The translations under genes were made by a program, and so were the position numbers. Positions 26,217 to 43,690 of a stretch of 64,000 bases of DNA are shown piece by piece (positions within the stretch are counted from its first letter, which is position 1; each line of letters begins with the position of its first letter). Under the pieces are notes generated by a model that had not been told where the DNA came from, made no database searches, and saw nothing but the letters and a program-made list of their open reading frames with translations. The DNA lies in contig OZ024740.1 in NCBI GenBank assembly GCA_964016885.1, positions 379,192,001 through 379,256,000 of the forward strand. Direction: 5' to 3'. The stretch is from Eledone cirrhosa. Taxonomy: Eukaryota.

Positions 26217-26930
26217 ATATCAACATAAGCATTATCTGTTCCCAGCATCAATCGCTTTTACGCTACCCAAACGTAATTGCCGGTGTGTTCATGATGGAGT
26301 CTCAATCCTTTTCATGGTGACTGATAGATCACGGTAGCATTTGAACACAACAGATAGAGAAGGAAGAGATGCCTGAGGCATTCTACTGGAATTTCTAACG
26401 ATTCCACCAACGTATCACCTTCGTTACTTTATTTTATTGACCTCCGAAAGGATTAACGGTAAAGTTGACCTCAAAAGGATTTGATCTCAGAGCTCTGAGT
26501 GTCAGAAGAAATACTGCAAGATATTTTGACCTAATCTCCAAAACAGCTTTCAATTCGCCGTCTACACCAAAACAAAATATAAAATAAAATATATTATATA
26601 TCAAACTGACATATAACTAGCAAAAAAAGAAACATATAAAAGAACACAAAAAATGAAGGGAAAAGAAGAGAATGAATTATGAAAATTAACCCCGAGGTGA
26701 ATAAAAACATGTCAATAACTGATTTTCAAGAGATACAGTGGAACTGTATTAGTGACCAACTGGCAGAAATACAACGAAAGGTTTTGACACTTATTTAATA
26801 CACTTTATTATTAAGAAATGTGTTTTGAAATGATTCTTTCACGATATGATTGTTACTTGCCAAACAAGTACGACTCCAAATGTATGTATGTATGTATGTA
26901 TGTATGTATGTATGTATGTATGTATGTATG

Positions 26931-26963
<33 letters not shown>

Positions 26964-27107
26964 GTGTGTGTGTGTGTGTGTGTGTGTGTGCCTGTATGTA
27001 TGTGAGTGTGTGTCTGGGTATGTATATATGTACGTATGTGAGTGTGCGTCTGTGTATGTATGTATATATGTAAATGTGTGTGTATGTATGTATCGGTGGA
27101 TGTATGG

Positions 27108-27400
27108 ATAGACGCAGCATGGTCGAATGGTTAAGAAGTTTGTTTTGCAACCATTGAGTCACAGATTTGAGTCCACTGAGCAAGTGTATTGGGCAAATCT
27201 CACTTTCCGTAGCCACGGTGCGGCTCCTGCATTGTCAGTGAATTTATGTAGACAGAAACTGGTTTGAAGCCTATCGGATGGATTGTACCTGTAATTCAAA
27301 GAACCAGACCTTTTGCTCAGCTGAAACTCGCCGAGATTTACTCTGTTGACACGAATTTCGGGGTCGGGATGAAGGGCGGGCAAACACCCCTCCTTTTATC
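27108..27400 (+). mobile_element. Third, degenerate tRNA-derived SINE family (related pieces at 36483-36662, 56300-56610, 57263-57600)
   Basis: GCATGGTCGAATGGTTAAGAAGTTTG tRNA-like head; shared motifs GTGAATTT..AGACAGAAACT and GAAATTAACGTGCAAGT.GCTGAGC among copies. Confidence 0.55.
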
Positions 27401-27794
27401 TCGAGAATGTATCAGGACATAATCCCAAACGCGTCAGCTATTTGGTCTTGAGCGTTGCCATGTTGTTGTGTGTCTATTTGGGACACGAAAGAAAGTGTGC
27501 AACGATGAGTTTATGTTCTGCACTCAGACCGAGAGTCATTTCGAGTTGCATCTTCCAGTACCGTGCCGTCCAAGAATATCTTTCCATAAATGGTTGTCAC
27601 GGCCCACTCTTGAATTATAATTGCCAAACATTTCAAGACTACCCAATGTGTATATGACTCGAATTGTTCAGTCGACTAAAAATGTATGAAAACAATTTGT
27701 AGCATAGATAAGTATCATCGTTAGAATTTTGTCATGAGTTAATGGTATAGAAAGGATCAATAAGCACTAACTAATTGAATTTGGGATTAAGTAT

Positions 27795-27949
27795 TATTAC
27801 TCCGCGAACCTTATCTTTAAGGCAGATACGATACCATGGATGCACTTCTCGCAAATTGTATATTTAGATCCAGCTTCCTTAAGGTATTCTTTTACAGCAA
27901 GTTTACTTTCACTCAAAGCTGCAACACCTATATTAAATCTAGCTAGTTT

Positions 27950-28033
<84 letters not shown>

Positions 28034-28600
28034 GTGCGGTTCTTTTTTCTGGATGCTTGTTACAGTTATTACCAGTCGTCAGTATTCTGACATTCTCTTA
28101 GAGATTTGCACCCTAGAAGATATTCATGTTGTAATTGTGAATTATTATTATTCCAACCACCAGGGTGGTTGATTGGCAGTATCGGTAGAGGGTCGGACGC
28201 CATGCTTTCTAGCAGAGTTACGTCCCTTTATGGACTGAGTTCAAATCCCACCAAGGTTAACTTTGCCTTTCATCCTTACAGGGTCGATAAAATAAAGTAC
28301 CAGTAATGTACTGGGTAATTGCTGGCCTTGTGCCAAAAGTAGAAACGATTATTATTCCAACTACCAGGAGGTGCTTTTAGTTCGTCATGGTTAACTAGCT
28401 AAATAGGGAGATGTAAGGTGTTCGATGGTTACACCACATTTTAGAAGGAGGTTTCCCTATTTGTGGTGAACTGTGAGAATCATATAAGGCTAGCCATGAA
28501 ACGTGTTTACCTGTCGAAATCTTGTGTCACCACAATTCACTTCTAGAGGGTCATGCTGCCTATAAGATACACGCAACAGTTGAAGTTTACTTAAGTGCTA
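27795..28600 (-). mobile_element. RTE-clade LINE 5' remnant (5' UTR plus APE endonuclease N-terminus), split by (CA)n and a SINE
   Basis: Minus: NVRILL...HPEKRTAL-[GT repeat]-RKLARFNIGVAALSESKLA..YLKEAGSKYT..HGIVSALK, matching the RTE APE pattern RPERRTALVARELARYNIDIAALSETR. Confidence 0.75.
28163..28356 (+). mobile_element. tRNA-derived SINE with ~21-bp TSD
   Basis: ATTATTATTCCAACCACCAGG before and ATTATTATTCCAACTACCAGG after. Confidence 0.92.
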
Positions 28601-28803
28601 TTATTAGAAAAGAAACTAACCCATTTCTCGTTTAGTTTAGTTAAACCGGGTGTTACACATTCTGTAACATTAATGACTATTTCTGATCCTCTGACACCTT
28701 TTCTTTTTGATTTTAATATATTTACTATGGAATGTGTGTGTAATATGCCTTGCAATATTATCTAATTTTACACTTATATATACGTGTATGTGTGATTGAT
28801 TGC

Positions 28804-28863
<60 letters not shown>

Positions 28864-29104
28864 TAGAGAGAGAGAGAGAGAGAGAGAAGATTTTAAACCA
28901 ACGTAAAGTATTCAGTATTATAAATATGAAAGCCAGACAAATGCACAATACGAACTTAATTGAATGAAAAGACAGACAGTTGTTCTGTTGCCATAGAAAG
29001 AAGGAAGACAGGAAAATAGAACGAAGCTTGTGATATAAGAAATGGCACGTGGTAGATAATGTAATTGTATGTTTGAAATAAGTTGTCGTACTAAACGACT
29101 AGAA

Positions 29105-29499
29105 AATAATTGTTTCTACTTTTGGCACAAGGCCAGCAATTATCCAGTACATTACTGGTACTTTATTTTATCGACCCCGTAAGGATGAAAGGCAAAGTTA
29201 ACCTCGGTGGGATTTGAACACTCAGAATGGCAAGGGCCGTAACTCTATGCGCCAAAGCATGGCATCCGACACTCTACCAATACTGCCAATCCACCGCCAA
29301 TCGGCGAGATAATAATTGTTTCTACTTTAGACACAAGGCCAGCAATTACCCAGTGCATTACTGGTACTTTATTTTATCGACCCCGTAAGGATGAAAGGCA
29401 AAGTCAACCTCGGCGGGATTTGAACTCAGATTGTAAAGGGATGTAACTATGCTGGAAAGCATGGCGTCCGACCCTCTACCGATACTGCCAATGTTCGCC
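29105..29499 (-). mobile_element. Tandem pair of tRNA-derived SINEs
   Basis: Full consensus at 29105-29298 and 29310-29499. Confidence 0.9.
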
Positions 29500-29815
29500 G
29501 TTTGTTACTTTGAACGAACTGTCAATAAGTGTTAATATTTATTGGCCCTCAAGAGACTGTTTAAGACATTCAGCGCTGTTCTTTGCACTGTGGTGTGTAT
29601 TCGTTGTTGCATGGTCTAAGAGGTCCATATGGCAACCTGACAGATGTCGATTGCAGGCTGACATTGGGCATTCTCAATAATGTTACAGTAGACTTCCGCT
29701 AATGTTTTTATCAACAGCAGGCACACTTACTGAACTACTTATCTTAAATTCTTTATTCTTTCTTTCTCTTTCTCTCTCTATATATGTCTATCTCTCTCTA
29801 TCTTCCTCCCCCCTC

Positions 29816-29854
<39 letters not shown>

Positions 29855-31530
29855 TTGTTTCAGACATTGCTTCTCTGTCTCCTTTATTCTTATCTTTTTG
29901 TTCCAGGCACACCACTATCCATACTCACGAATACATCACATCTTTTCACAACAATGTGTGTGTACATGTATATGTTATGTATACATTTTTTTGTTATTAT
30001 TTTCCAGATTGCAGTCAAAATACCATCTTTAATGATTTTAGATAATACTTTCCTTGATCCATATTACAGTTTGCTACTTATCTGATCGATCTATATTTCT
30101 TAAGGCTCTAAGTTGCAATGCATAAACAATGGCAAAAAATAACAGTCATGACTCTCTTCGGGGGATTTCAAGACGAGTTGGGGGAACGGATGTAAGCCAT
30201 CCTGAAACCAGGGACCTGTCTCTGACACCCAAAGGCAACGAGGTGGTGTTAAACCAGTTGAAGGATGAAGTTATAAATTCCCCTCATAAGTTGTTGACCA
30301 AGCGAAGGTTATATTAAAAAACATGTGCCCACGTTGTTTGCACGATAGGAACACACCTGGAACTACGCCCGTGCATGGACAATAAATTTAGTCATTTATT
30401 CGTTTAGTCATCCGAACCCAAATCACGCCTGATGTAAGTGTATATGTATTAGGTATGTGTGTATATATGTGAGTAGGCATACAGGATGTGTATTTGTGTC
30501 AGTGTACGTGTAAGCTTTAGCGCGAAAAAAAGAAAAAGAAAAAGAAGAGTTGGACAATAGATTGAGGAGATTGGTATAAGACGTGAGAGATCGTAAACAG
30601 TTTACATGTATTAATCTAAATGACTTTATGTACGAAGAAACGGCAAGTTGTAGTAGATGGCAATTCACTTGAAATTCAAGCTAGCATTTACTAATTAAGC
30701 TGGTTGATGTGATAAAGTTAATGAATTCCCAGTGATAAATAACATTTAGCCTAAGAACATTTATCTTGCAAATTCTAAGGGAATTTAGCTCGCCATCAAG
30801 TAAAATATGACGACTGATTAATCTGAAAATGAAGTTGTTACAGAATTTTATGGAGAATTATATTAACTGACGTAATTCCTTGTTGATTTATAATTCGTTA
30901 ATGATTTAGTTATAACAATACTGGCAGCTTAGAATTGTGTCTAGCAGTTATGAAACATATTTACGCTTGCATTGTCTGCTCAGTCTAGAGATATCTGTTG
31001 ATAATATGAACAAGTTCTCCACCATTAACACCAATAACACAAAAATATGGAACACCTATGAAGTGATTTTACTCTTGTATTTTAAATTCCTATAACAGAA
31101 GGCATTGTCTCTAGAAGATACCCTTCTATGTATCCCTTTCCATAGCCATGCATATATATGTTGTCGTATATATAGGCCTAATGGCTCAAATGGAGAAGCC
31201 ACTAGATACATTAGCAGGTTATGATATGACTCATTGGGCAAATGCATTGCATATATTTTACAAGCGTGCATTTAGTAATTATACACATAACCCAGCAGAG
31301 CCAACAGATCATATATAAAGTGGACGAAGCAAATATTACCCGTGAGGAGGTACAACATTGACAAACTAAAGAATCGTCACAGAATCTATTTGTTCAGTTA
31401 AGCGAAGAATGTGATATGAAACGCATGCTTGTAAACTCTTATACAAACTTATCCAAAAACACACAGCGGCCTCGAAATACATACTCGAAAATTAAACGAA
31501 AAGATAACGCAGAAGAACGATACGGTACTA

Positions 31531-31589
<59 letters not shown>

Positions 31590-31593
<4 letters not shown>

Positions 31594-32005
31594 CGTTTCT
31601 GAATTTGTTTAGCAAGATTCTTTATCTGAAAACGTGTGTTGAAACCGATATTGTTATGCTTTGGGAGGGTCATGTTGCCAATAAGAAACACACGCACCAG
31701 TTGCTTTCACTCCAATTTATTATAAATTAAATTTATAAATTTAAGAATTTATAAATTTCCGGTTGGTTGGCTGGTTCCACAACCAGACGATTGTTCATAT
31801 ATTGTCAAAGTTCTTTCGTCACACATTATGTGACCTCTTCAGTGACTGGGATTCTTTTCTTTGTTTTTGTGCCTCTCCTTTGTTCTGTCCTACGCCATCT
31901 TGTTTTTGTGTGTGTTGTGTGCGTAGTTTGCGCATGTGTTATATCCGGGTGTCTGTGTGTGTTTATTTATTTGTTTATTTACATGTTACTGTATGTATAT
32001 ATATA
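31590..32005 (-). mobile_element. PLE 3' terminal fragment related to the 799-1490 arm
   Basis: Shared ATATTGTTAT.CTT.GGGAGGGTCATGTTG terminus, CAAAGTTCTTTCGT, CTACGCCATCTT and TGCGCATG blocks; follows (TA)n. Confidence 0.75.
31804..31846 (-). ncRNA. Minimal type I hammerhead ribozyme motif
   Basis: Minus: GTCA-CTGAAGA-G-GTCACA(TAATG)TGTGAC-GAAA-GAAC-TT-TGAC. Confidence 0.75.
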
Positions 32006-32035
32006 TTCATATATGTGTGTGTGTGTGTGTGTATA

Positions 32036-32108
32036 CAGCGTGTCCCCCCAAAATGCATACACACTTCAACATTCTAGTAGATATGTATAATTATTTTCGG
32101 GGGACACC

Positions 32109-32111
<3 letters not shown>
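32036..32111. mobile_element. Tc1/mariner-type MITE (~76 bp)
   Basis: TA-CAGCGTGTCCCCC...GGGGACACCCTG-TA. Confidence 0.7.
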
Positions 32112-32171
<60 letters not shown>

Positions 32172-32635
32172 TTTAACGCTTGTATAAATATGTATATAAG
32201 TACATAAAGAGGAAGAGAGGCATGCATAAGGTATGTATAGAATGTGGAAACGATGTCCTTGCTTCGTATGTAGCAGTTTCGATATTTTTCTATATATATA
32301 TGCACGCATACAAACACGCTTATGAGTTGTGTGTGTTTCCACTGTTGGATGTATGTAACTAAATATAAATAAATACGTACACATTGTAATAAGATACATA
32401 TAATATAAGCATACATTAAGTATGCATAGTAGACGGCGTCTCATAATCATCTTCCACACACACACACGCCAAGGTTGGCAAATAAATAAACCAAATACCA
32501 ATTTGGAAAAGACAAAAAAATACCAAGAGGAACTAAATCTGAAAAATAAAGCAACAAACCCCGCTAGGCAAGAATTCAGAAAAAGAAAAAGATATATGTA
32601 GCATAAACACACACCTACATATACGCGTACCTAGC

Positions 32636-32758
<123 letters not shown>

Positions 32759-32885
32759 ACACATACGCTAACACACACACACACACAGATGTTGAAAGAC
32801 CAGCATATCAGCTTGGTCAGCCTTCAACTCAGAAATTTACAGTTCAAGACAACTGCCAGCGGGCATCATTAAGTTATGCAATATA

Positions 32886-32966
<81 letters not shown>

Positions 32967-32994
32967 GTGTGTATATATATACATACACACACAC

Positions 32995-33106
<112 letters not shown>

Positions 33107-33779
33107 GTGTAATGGAAATGACATATAAAGTCGTTAAACATTTCTATAAAGAAAGAGGAAAAATAAAATGTTATTTATGCTGTGGATATACCAATTGACA
33201 TTGTGGATGTACTGGTGTATCAGCTACGGGTAGACAGCGACCTGGGGGCCACATGTGGTGTGTTTGGCTTTCTGAATGCCACGCCTAATTTCAAAATCAT
33301 CTTGGATCTCTTAGTAGTACAGCTTTCCTTGTGATGTGCCATACCCCATGAGGCACACTGCTTGAAAAAGGTTACCTAAGCCTGTAGTTAGGCTAATGTC
33401 GTTATCTTGCGACTATTTGTAGCGCGGATACATCTTTTTTCTGTGTTCACTTCTATGTGGGTACATAATGACGTTGCTTATTACTTTCCCTTTGTTTTAG
33501 TCTCCATTTCTGTTATGGACACACACTTGTACATGTACATACACACGCACAGAGAATACCCCCTCCTATTTACACACATACATAGCCATACACCAAGGCA
33601 CAAACAAAAATGATTATATACATGTGCTCACTTAGAAATCGGGCTTAAGCTAGTCACATACATACATACATTCATACATACGCACATACATACATACATA
33701 CATACATACATACATACATACATACATACATACATACATACATACATACATACATACATACATACATACATACATACAT

Positions 33780-34090
33780 GATGGCTGCAAACTCTGCTAA
33801 GAGTATTGCAACCGCTTGTCAGATTATAGAGTTCGGTGCACTTTTAGACTACGGCGAACTACACAAACCTGTAACAGATCCTGAACAAGCAATGCCTGTG
33901 CTTTGAAGATTTTTTAAGTGGAGGAAAGGCCTTGCACTCTCTGAACATCGAAAACACTACCGGAAAAGGTAGTGTTTTCGATGGTCAACATCATCGGATG
34001 CTTTCGGAGCCGCAGGTTTTTTTTTTGCAGAGTTTCCCTCTCCTAGAAAGGTGTTGTGACAACAACTGGAGGCCTTTCACTCCCAGGTGA
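33780..34090 (-). mobile_element. Diverged bipartite RTE-derived element; its (ATGT)n tail is the (TACA)n at 33656-33779
   Basis: AAGCAATGCCTGTGC, GTCAACATCATCGGAT and AGAGTTTCCCTCTCCTAGAA blocks collinear with 3712-4124. Confidence 0.7.
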
Positions 34091-34099
34091 AAAAAAAAC

Positions 34100-36105
34100 T
34101 GACTTTCTATCGGATGTACCTTATCAATCTCTACCAGCAAGCTCTCAAGGGAGAGTTGATATTAGTTGATTTCCCCAAAACAAACAAAAAAAGAAATCCT
34201 TGGCAAAAGACTACCGATCTATTGCATGCTAAAACCTCATGTATGAAATCTAAACAGTGTGTCTGAACCTATTCCTCTTGGATCACTGTGACAATAACAA
34301 TATTATCACAGATAAGCAAGCAGCTGAAAAGGAATGAGTTTGGGGGTGTGCTGAGCAACTCCTACCTAAGTTCGTTCCTCCTATGTCACCACGGGACTAC
34401 GGGAAAGCTCTCTTGGATGCTAGAGGCCCTTCCACTTGCTCAACGCGCAGATATCCTGATTAGAGCCAAAGAGAACCTATTTTTCGCTTGGCCACTATAC
34501 TTAACTTGTATACAGAGACGGAGGACTATATTGTCATTGATAAAATAGAATATCTCAGGGGTATATTTTAAGGTGGCAGTATCTCAATGATGGTATTTAT
34601 ACTGTCAGTAATCCCCTTGTCCTTTATGCTGAAGAAATATGAAGGATACGTAATTTATTCACAGGAGATCAGAGAAACAAACCTAACACATAGTTTCTTT
34701 GTGCCAAGAATATAAATAATATGAATAAAAACGACGTTCTCGATAGATGTATGAATGAAGTTTGGCCAGGTTAAATGTTCTTATATGATTTTAAAGCTAG
34801 GAAAAACTACAGGCCAATCTTGCAACATCTTTATCAATGGCCTGACTGTTTCACTGGTATCTGACAAGGACTGCTGCATATGGTTAGGGATAGATGAAAA
34901 TACATCATGTGATGGAATTTGTACCAAGTAGCGAGTAACCAAGGAATATAAAGTATGGTCTTCTGAATTCTCTGCACACAATAAATCAGTGGCATATAAT
35001 GTATTTATTGTGTCTGTGCTGACACCTACATTTGGATTACTTGACTGGACGATTGATGTTAACACCCCAACCATTGATGTTAACACCCGAAAATTTCCAC
35101 ATCAACAGTGACATAAACCGACTCTACCTTAAACGTAATCAGGGAGGAGGCAGGGGATTAATATTAATTCAAAGATCATTTGAGTGTTGCATCATATCCC
35201 TCCAACAACATCTGTAAACTGTAGAAGCCCATCTATAGAACAAGTCTGTCAACATGAGGCAGATAACATGATGATAATTGAAAATCTACTCATGGAGAAA
35301 TACCCTGCATGATAACCCAAACCGCACACCCATGGAAATTGCACAGCAATACCGCAACAATAAATATTTACGAAACACCTGATACATAAAAGCGATAGGG
35401 ATGCAGACAGACTCTGTGGAATAAACATCGAGTATTACCCATATCACAAAGTCATTACGATGCTATGTACCTATGAGGAATGATGTAATGCTCAAAACAC
35501 CATACAATGTAATCCGTAGAAATCTGAGAATAATAGTGATGTAGAAAATATATACATAATATGAAAGAGTAAATTTGATATGTTCCAGTCAAAATCCCAA
35601 TAAAATACAACATAAAAAGCAAGGCATAGTGATATGGCACAGGGAAAAGAAGGCATGCAGAGTAGTGAAAATCAGCTGCCAAGCTAAAGATTATTGAAAT
35701 CAAGACCGTTTATGCTGAACTAATGAGAAATCTGCAGATACTCCACCCATACAATACCTTTAAATTTGTACCTATGATCATTGGGGATCTGGGATATGTT
35801 ACTAACTGTCTCAGTACAAATCTTCTGAACCAGAAAGAGCATGGCTAGTTAGGAAGTTTCAAGTACAATTCATTAATGGACCTGTCAAATATATAAGACA
35901 TTTCAGAAAGTCTGCCTGTAGTTAGTACATAGAGAAATATGCACGTGTACATATATAACGCAAAATATGCAATAACATCCATACCTGCTTACACACACAC
36001 GCGCACATAAATACAAACGCATACAAATATACATACTTATTTACCTAGTTGATGTCTAAATTTCAATGGAAGAGTCTTGTTTCTATATTAGAAACTGGCA
36101 TTTAT
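34100..36105 (+). mobile_element. Old, heavily decayed R4/Dong-clade LINE
   Basis: Remnant peptides DYRSIAC, PLSFMLKKYEG, WLGIDEN, FHINSDINRLYLKRNQGGGRGLI, FVPMIIGDLGYV. Confidence 0.75.
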
Positions 36106-36118
36106 TGGTGGAAATTTA

Positions 36119-36436
36119 TATAATTGTTTCTACTTTTGGCACAAGGCCAGCAATCACCCAGTGCGTTACTGGTACTTTATTTTATCGACCCCGTAAGGAT
36201 GAAAGGCAAAGTTAACCTCGGCGGGATTTGAACTCAGTGGAAATTTATATAATTGTTTCTACTTTTGGCACAAGGCCAGCAATTACCCAGTGCATTACTG
36301 GTACTTTATTTTATCGACCCCGTAAGGATGAAAGGCAAAGTCAACCTCGGCGGGATTTGAACTCAGATCGTAAAGGGACGTAACTATGCTGTAAAGCATG
36401 GCGTCCGACCCTCTACCGATACTGCCAATACACCGC
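36119..36436 (-). mobile_element. Truncated plus full SINE pair sharing a triplicated flank
   Basis: GTGGAAATTTATATAAT at ~36108, ~36237 and ~36441. Confidence 0.9.
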
Positions 36437-36756
36437 TGTAGTGGAAATTTATATAATAAAACCAAAACATACATACACACATGGAATGGAGGGAAGGCAC
36501 TCCATCGGTTACGACGACGAGTGATCCAGGTGATCTGATCAACGGGAGAGCCTACTCGTGAAATTAGCGTGAAAGTGGCTGAGCATTCCTAAACCATGCG
36601 TACCTTTAACGTACGCATGGTTTTGGAGATTTGGCATGACACAAAATGTGACAAGGCTGGCACAACTACATACATACATGTCAGCATACATACAACTACA
36701 TACATACATGTCAGCATACATATATTTATACATGTCTATGTGTATATATATATACA

Positions 36757-36799
<43 letters not shown>

Positions 36800-37166
36800 G
36801 TGTGTGTGCGTGTGCGTGTAAGGTATAGTAAGAACAATGACTAGCTATTAAATTTTCTTCCACTAAAGATAATTTGAATAATGAAATCTTACGTGTGCCA
36901 TAATATATTAGTAGACCAGGCCTTTGAACAATACAAAACCACTCAAACGAATACAATAGATTCAGCACCCAGTAGAAATTTACAGGCTCCACATATATGC
37001 TAGAAGAACCAAATGTATGCTAGTTACAGAAAGGATGAATATTTTATTAAATACCGCATCAAATTAAACATTTGTATCATATCTCATCACAGATTATAGC
37101 TAGAATAATTTTAATAAAACCAGAATTAAAATGTTCATCAACAGAAAATTACAAGCTAATAAATAA

Positions 37167-40875
<3,709 letters not shown>

Positions 40876-40982
40876 TGTTAAGTATATATAACCTCACATG
40901 CGTCAGTGGTATACAAATTCAAAAAATGACAATATATTTTATAATTATTGGCCATGTTAGAACAAGTATATTAATACTATAC

Positions 40983-41167
40983 AATTGTTTCTACTTTTGG
41001 CACAAGGCCAGCAATTATCCCAGTCCATTACTGGTACTTTATTTTATCGACCCCGTAAGGATGAAAGGCAAAGTTAACCTTTGCGGGATTTGAACTCAGA
41101 ATGGCAAGAGCCATAACTCTATGCGTCAAAGCATGGCGTCCGACCCTCTACCGATACTGCCAATCCC
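40983..41167 (-). mobile_element. tRNA-derived SINE (an older copy follows to ~41395)
   Basis: Full consensus in reverse. Confidence 0.9.
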
Positions 41168-41399
41168 CTATAATGGTTTCTAATTTTGGTTCAAGGGTAG
41201 CGATTTTGGAGGCTAGGTAAGTGATCAAAGTGTCCCCATTCTTTCAATGATACTTTATTTTATAGATCCCAGATAGACAAAAGGCAAAGAATATCTTGGG
41301 GTGGGGGCAATTGAACTCCAAACGTAGAACACCGGAAAAAATGCCGTAAAGCATTTTACCCAAATGCTTTAATGATTCTGTCAACTCACCTTCCCCGAC

Positions 41400-41690
41400 A
41401 AATCACTCAATAAACAACTTTCAGTGTAAACCTGAACGTTGTCAACTTCACGCGTCCAATTATTACATTGGACCATCAAAGTAGACGGTTCGCACTTAAA
41501 GTCAATAGAGAAACATTAGTTGACAACACCATAAGTCTATATAGAATTCCACAAAACATGAGAAGAGTATCTTTGAAGGCTTTTCTAATAGTAAAATACA
41601 AACCCAAAATCAATACATTGATAGAATATACGCTAAATCTACAAAGACTTAACTTGAATAATGTTTTTTAAATAAAGACATTGAATATTT
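41400..41690 (+). mobile_element. Decayed PLE GIY-YIG C-terminal remnant
   Basis: ..PIYYIG.. and LKAFLIVKYKPKINTL resemble the PLE endonuclease end (E..I....P.IN). Confidence 0.4.
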
Positions 41691-42052
41691 TACCAGTAAT
41701 TCCATGATTATCCGCAATCTACTGCAATGAGTGTGAAAATCACATCAATCCCACCATTACTACCATCATTTTGGTTGTGCTAGAGGGAGGGAAAGATTGA
41801 AACGTTAATAAATTAATGAATTTCGGAAAGCCATAGTTCCAATTACAGACAAAAGATAAATATAAAAAAAATACTCAACAAAAAGAAGAGTAAACTTGTA
41901 ATACAGTCGTGTTTTTAATATAACGTGTTTGAAAGAGTAGTCGTTCCCTGTTTACAATCACGCATACATAGACATATGCATATATATGCGTATATGTATG
42001 ATTGTATGTATATATGTGTATGTATATATATTCACATACACACACAAATGTA

Positions 42053-42086
<34 letters not shown>

Positions 42087-42616
42087 AATTTAGAATAAAT
42101 TAATGATGGAATGTGCGAATATCTGAATAAATGGATGAATGTGGGAATGTAGGAATCAATAAACTAACATAACTGGGAAGAAAAATATATGGTCATTCAG
42201 TTATTTGTACATTTATTCTCGCATAACCAACTTTCAATGGATTATTGATTGGATCAAACTAGACATTTACATAAATATTCATTAGCCTTGTTTAGTCTTA
42301 CCGCCCAGCTTGTCATTTATTTCTCCTGCCCCGCCCACTATCTATATCTGTGGATATAGTTACACATGCTTGTTTGTTGGCATCCATGTATGCGTGTGTA
42401 CGTATGTCTGATAATCAATCATACGTGAGTGTGTGTGTGGGTGTGTGTGTTTTTCTGATCAACATACCTTTGCGTGCATCTGTGCATGGACATATATGTG
42501 CATGTACGTATCTGAGCACATGCGCGTGAAAGCATTCATAGAGATTTATCATCATTCCTTTCTGTGCTATCCTTTCAATTGACCTTCTAATCATCTATCT
42601 ATCTATCTATCTATCT

Positions 42617-43495
42617 ATCTATGGAGGGTTGATCCGCAGCAAGTGCGACGACGTGCTCGGTGAAACTCTAGGCGTAGAGGAAGATGAACTGGCCAGTCTG
42701 TTCTGTAGGACCTTCCGCCCGGGACCCATCGACAACTTCCAAAAGTTCCTGGCCTGGCAGTGCTACCGAGCAGCTCTACCAGTTCGAGACAAGCTCTACA
42801 GACATGGGCGCCCGAGCAGGGACCCTGCAAAAAAGATCTGTCCGAGGTGCGTGCGAGACGAAGAAACCGTCGCGCACGCATTCATACACTGCCCGGGCGT
42901 CACCGAACTGTGGGGCTATGTAAAACGACTATTGTCGCGGGTGGGGCCAATCCGGTTGACCACCGAGTCCATTGTCATGATAAAAAACCGCCACCCTCCT
43001 TCAAAAACGAAGGAGAGGCGGTTTTCCTTTGTGTGATAGCTATGGCGAAAGAGGTTGTATGGTGGACAAGGTTGAAAGGGCTGAGGTCAGACACCTTTCT
43101 CTCCGGCCAACAACTGATTCATTTTTTCAAATACCACTTTCGAAGAAGAATCAGGATGGAGAGAGAGGTGCTGTACCCCAGCAAGTTTTATGAAAGGTGG
43201 GTGAAAGTGGCGAGAATGGCTCGAGTGAATGGGCCTTCTCTCTATATCAGCCTGTAGATTGAGGAAAAGGAGGAGGAGAGGAAAGGAGTACAAACTCTTC
43301 GTACTCCTGGAGATGAGGGTTGCACATTTTTTCGGGGGTATGTGTTACCCATATGAACTGTCTCCCCCTATTGGGGAAAATTGACTAATTTTTAAATTGC
43401 ATTTGTGATAATATTTTACACATTTTTATTGTATGTAAACTTCCCCCTTTGTATTTGTCCCTTTCTTTTGTGCCCCTGTGGCTAATAAAGAAACA
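42617..43495 (+). mobile_element. 5'-truncated L1/Tx1 copy inserted in (CTAT)n
   Basis: Closely matches the reverse complement of 58051-58925; CPRCVRDEETVAHAFIHCP zinc finger; (CTAT)n on both flanks. Confidence 0.95.
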
Positions 43496-43624
43496 TATCT
43501 ATCTATCTATCTATCTATCTTATTTATCTATCGAATTGCATGTCTGTCAGTCTGTCTGCATTTCTGTCTGTATCTACATTTCTTTTCTGGTAGCGGATAA
43601 AACTTTTCTCTATATATTTCTCTT

Positions 43625-43687
<63 letters not shown>

Positions 43688-43690
<3 letters not shown>

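Noticed and set aside
33225-33385. Possible hAT-type MITE (..GGGGGCCACATGTGG...AAAAAGGTTACCTAAGCCTG)
   Set aside because: TIRs too degenerate and no 8-bp TSD identifiable
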